This document shows, one piece after another, positions 63,061 through 64,000 of a DNA stretch of 64,000 bases (positions are counted from its first letter, which is position 1; every line of letters begins with the position of its first letter). Source of the DNA: Chiloscyllium plagiosum (taxonomy: Eukaryota); NCBI RefSeq assembly GCF_004010195.1, contig NC_057718.1, positions 82,152,458-82,216,457 of the forward strand, given 5' to 3'. Under the pieces are notes generated by a model, which was not told the origin of the DNA, made no database searches, and saw only the letters and a list, made by a program, of their open reading frames with translations. The translations under genes were made by a program, and so were the position numbers.

Positions 63061-64000
63061 TTTCTTATGATGGATCTATTACTGTTCTGCCACCCACTTT
63101 TAGTGCTCCTACAAGTATCTATGATCTTTCCCTTATCCCTTTCCAATCTTGATGAACTTTGTAAATTTTCTCACCTTTACGTATCTAAGAGTCTAGTTCC
63201 ATTTTGTTTAAATTCCCATCTTTATTATTTCTGCTGCTCCTTCAGTACAGACCTGCATTTAAAATTGGGATTTTTCTTCTGTCAAGCTGTGTACCACACT
63301 CTATGTTCACTGGAAGAAATGTGTAACACTCCAATATTTTTCACTATAGTGTAGATGATGTAAGTTGGTGCCTGGAATTTTTATTCTATATTGTAGCAAT
63401 AGATGTTATTTTTGAAAAATACTGAATAAACCATGCACTTCACTGCACAGAAGTAATATCCCAAATGCACCTCAAAATCAACATCTAACTGGATTTGTCA
63501 AGTTCCATTCATGCAAAGTGGCACTCATTGCCCTATTTTGACATGTTAATTTCCTTGAATGTTCATTAGGTCATGGGGTCTTCAAAGTCCCTTAGAAGGC
63601 ACCTTCCAAACCTGTATCCTCTATCAACTCAAAGTGATAGGGCAGCAGACACATGAGAACACCTCTGTCCTGGCATGTTCTCCTCCAAGTCACACATGGC
63701 TCTAAAGTGGCATTTCTTCACTGTTACTGGGTAAAATTTATGGAACTCCCAAACTGCAGCAGTGTAGGTATTTATGCAGCATGGACTGCAGCAATTCAAG
63801 AATGTGGCCTACCACCACCACCACCTCAAAGGCAATTAGGGATGGAGACTTATTGCTGGCCTAGTCAATGATACCCATATCCTGTGAACTAATGATAAAA
63901 TGAGCCTGATGTTTTCACTCATGCAACAGTCAAAATTTGGCATCTGTGATGCAGTAAGAAGTGTAATAACTGAAAGGTTTATTGTGTGTAGAAGTTGTGC

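Noticed and set aside
45000..64000. Search for a divergent neighbouring gene (OVOL2 neighbours PET117 in human, from recall)
   Set aside because: No zinc-finger or other host exon was recognised. Isolated CCAAT (~60167) and YY1-like (~58960) motifs are too common to call.

Overview
Eukaryotic, repeat-rich genomic DNA from a cartilaginous fish, most likely a shark. This is inferred from HE1/V-SINE-like SINEs, abundant CR1 LINEs and vertebrate gene content. One minus-strand transcription unit starts at a CpG island (~44.2-44.9 kb) and carries two unrelated ORFs. PET117 (80 aa, mitochondrial complex IV assembly factor) is complete in 2 exons. KAT14/CSRP2BP (ATAC-complex acetyltransferase) starts 212 nt after the PET117 stop; its first five coding exons are here and the gene runs off the left edge. 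All junctions are GT-AG and phase-consistent. The spacer holds five short uORFs, an AATAAA, and two AG acceptors that would fuse PET117 exon 1 in frame to KAT14. The rest is mostly transposon debris (CR1, L1, RTE, SINEs). It also contains many Penelope-like (PLE) insertions with 11-17 bp target-site duplications (TSDs). These carry minimal hammerhead ribozyme motifs from at least four sequence families with co-varying stem II; three copies have an intact core. Three assembly gaps are present. Repeat boundaries without a stated TSD are approximate, and family names come from recalled motifs rather than database searches.
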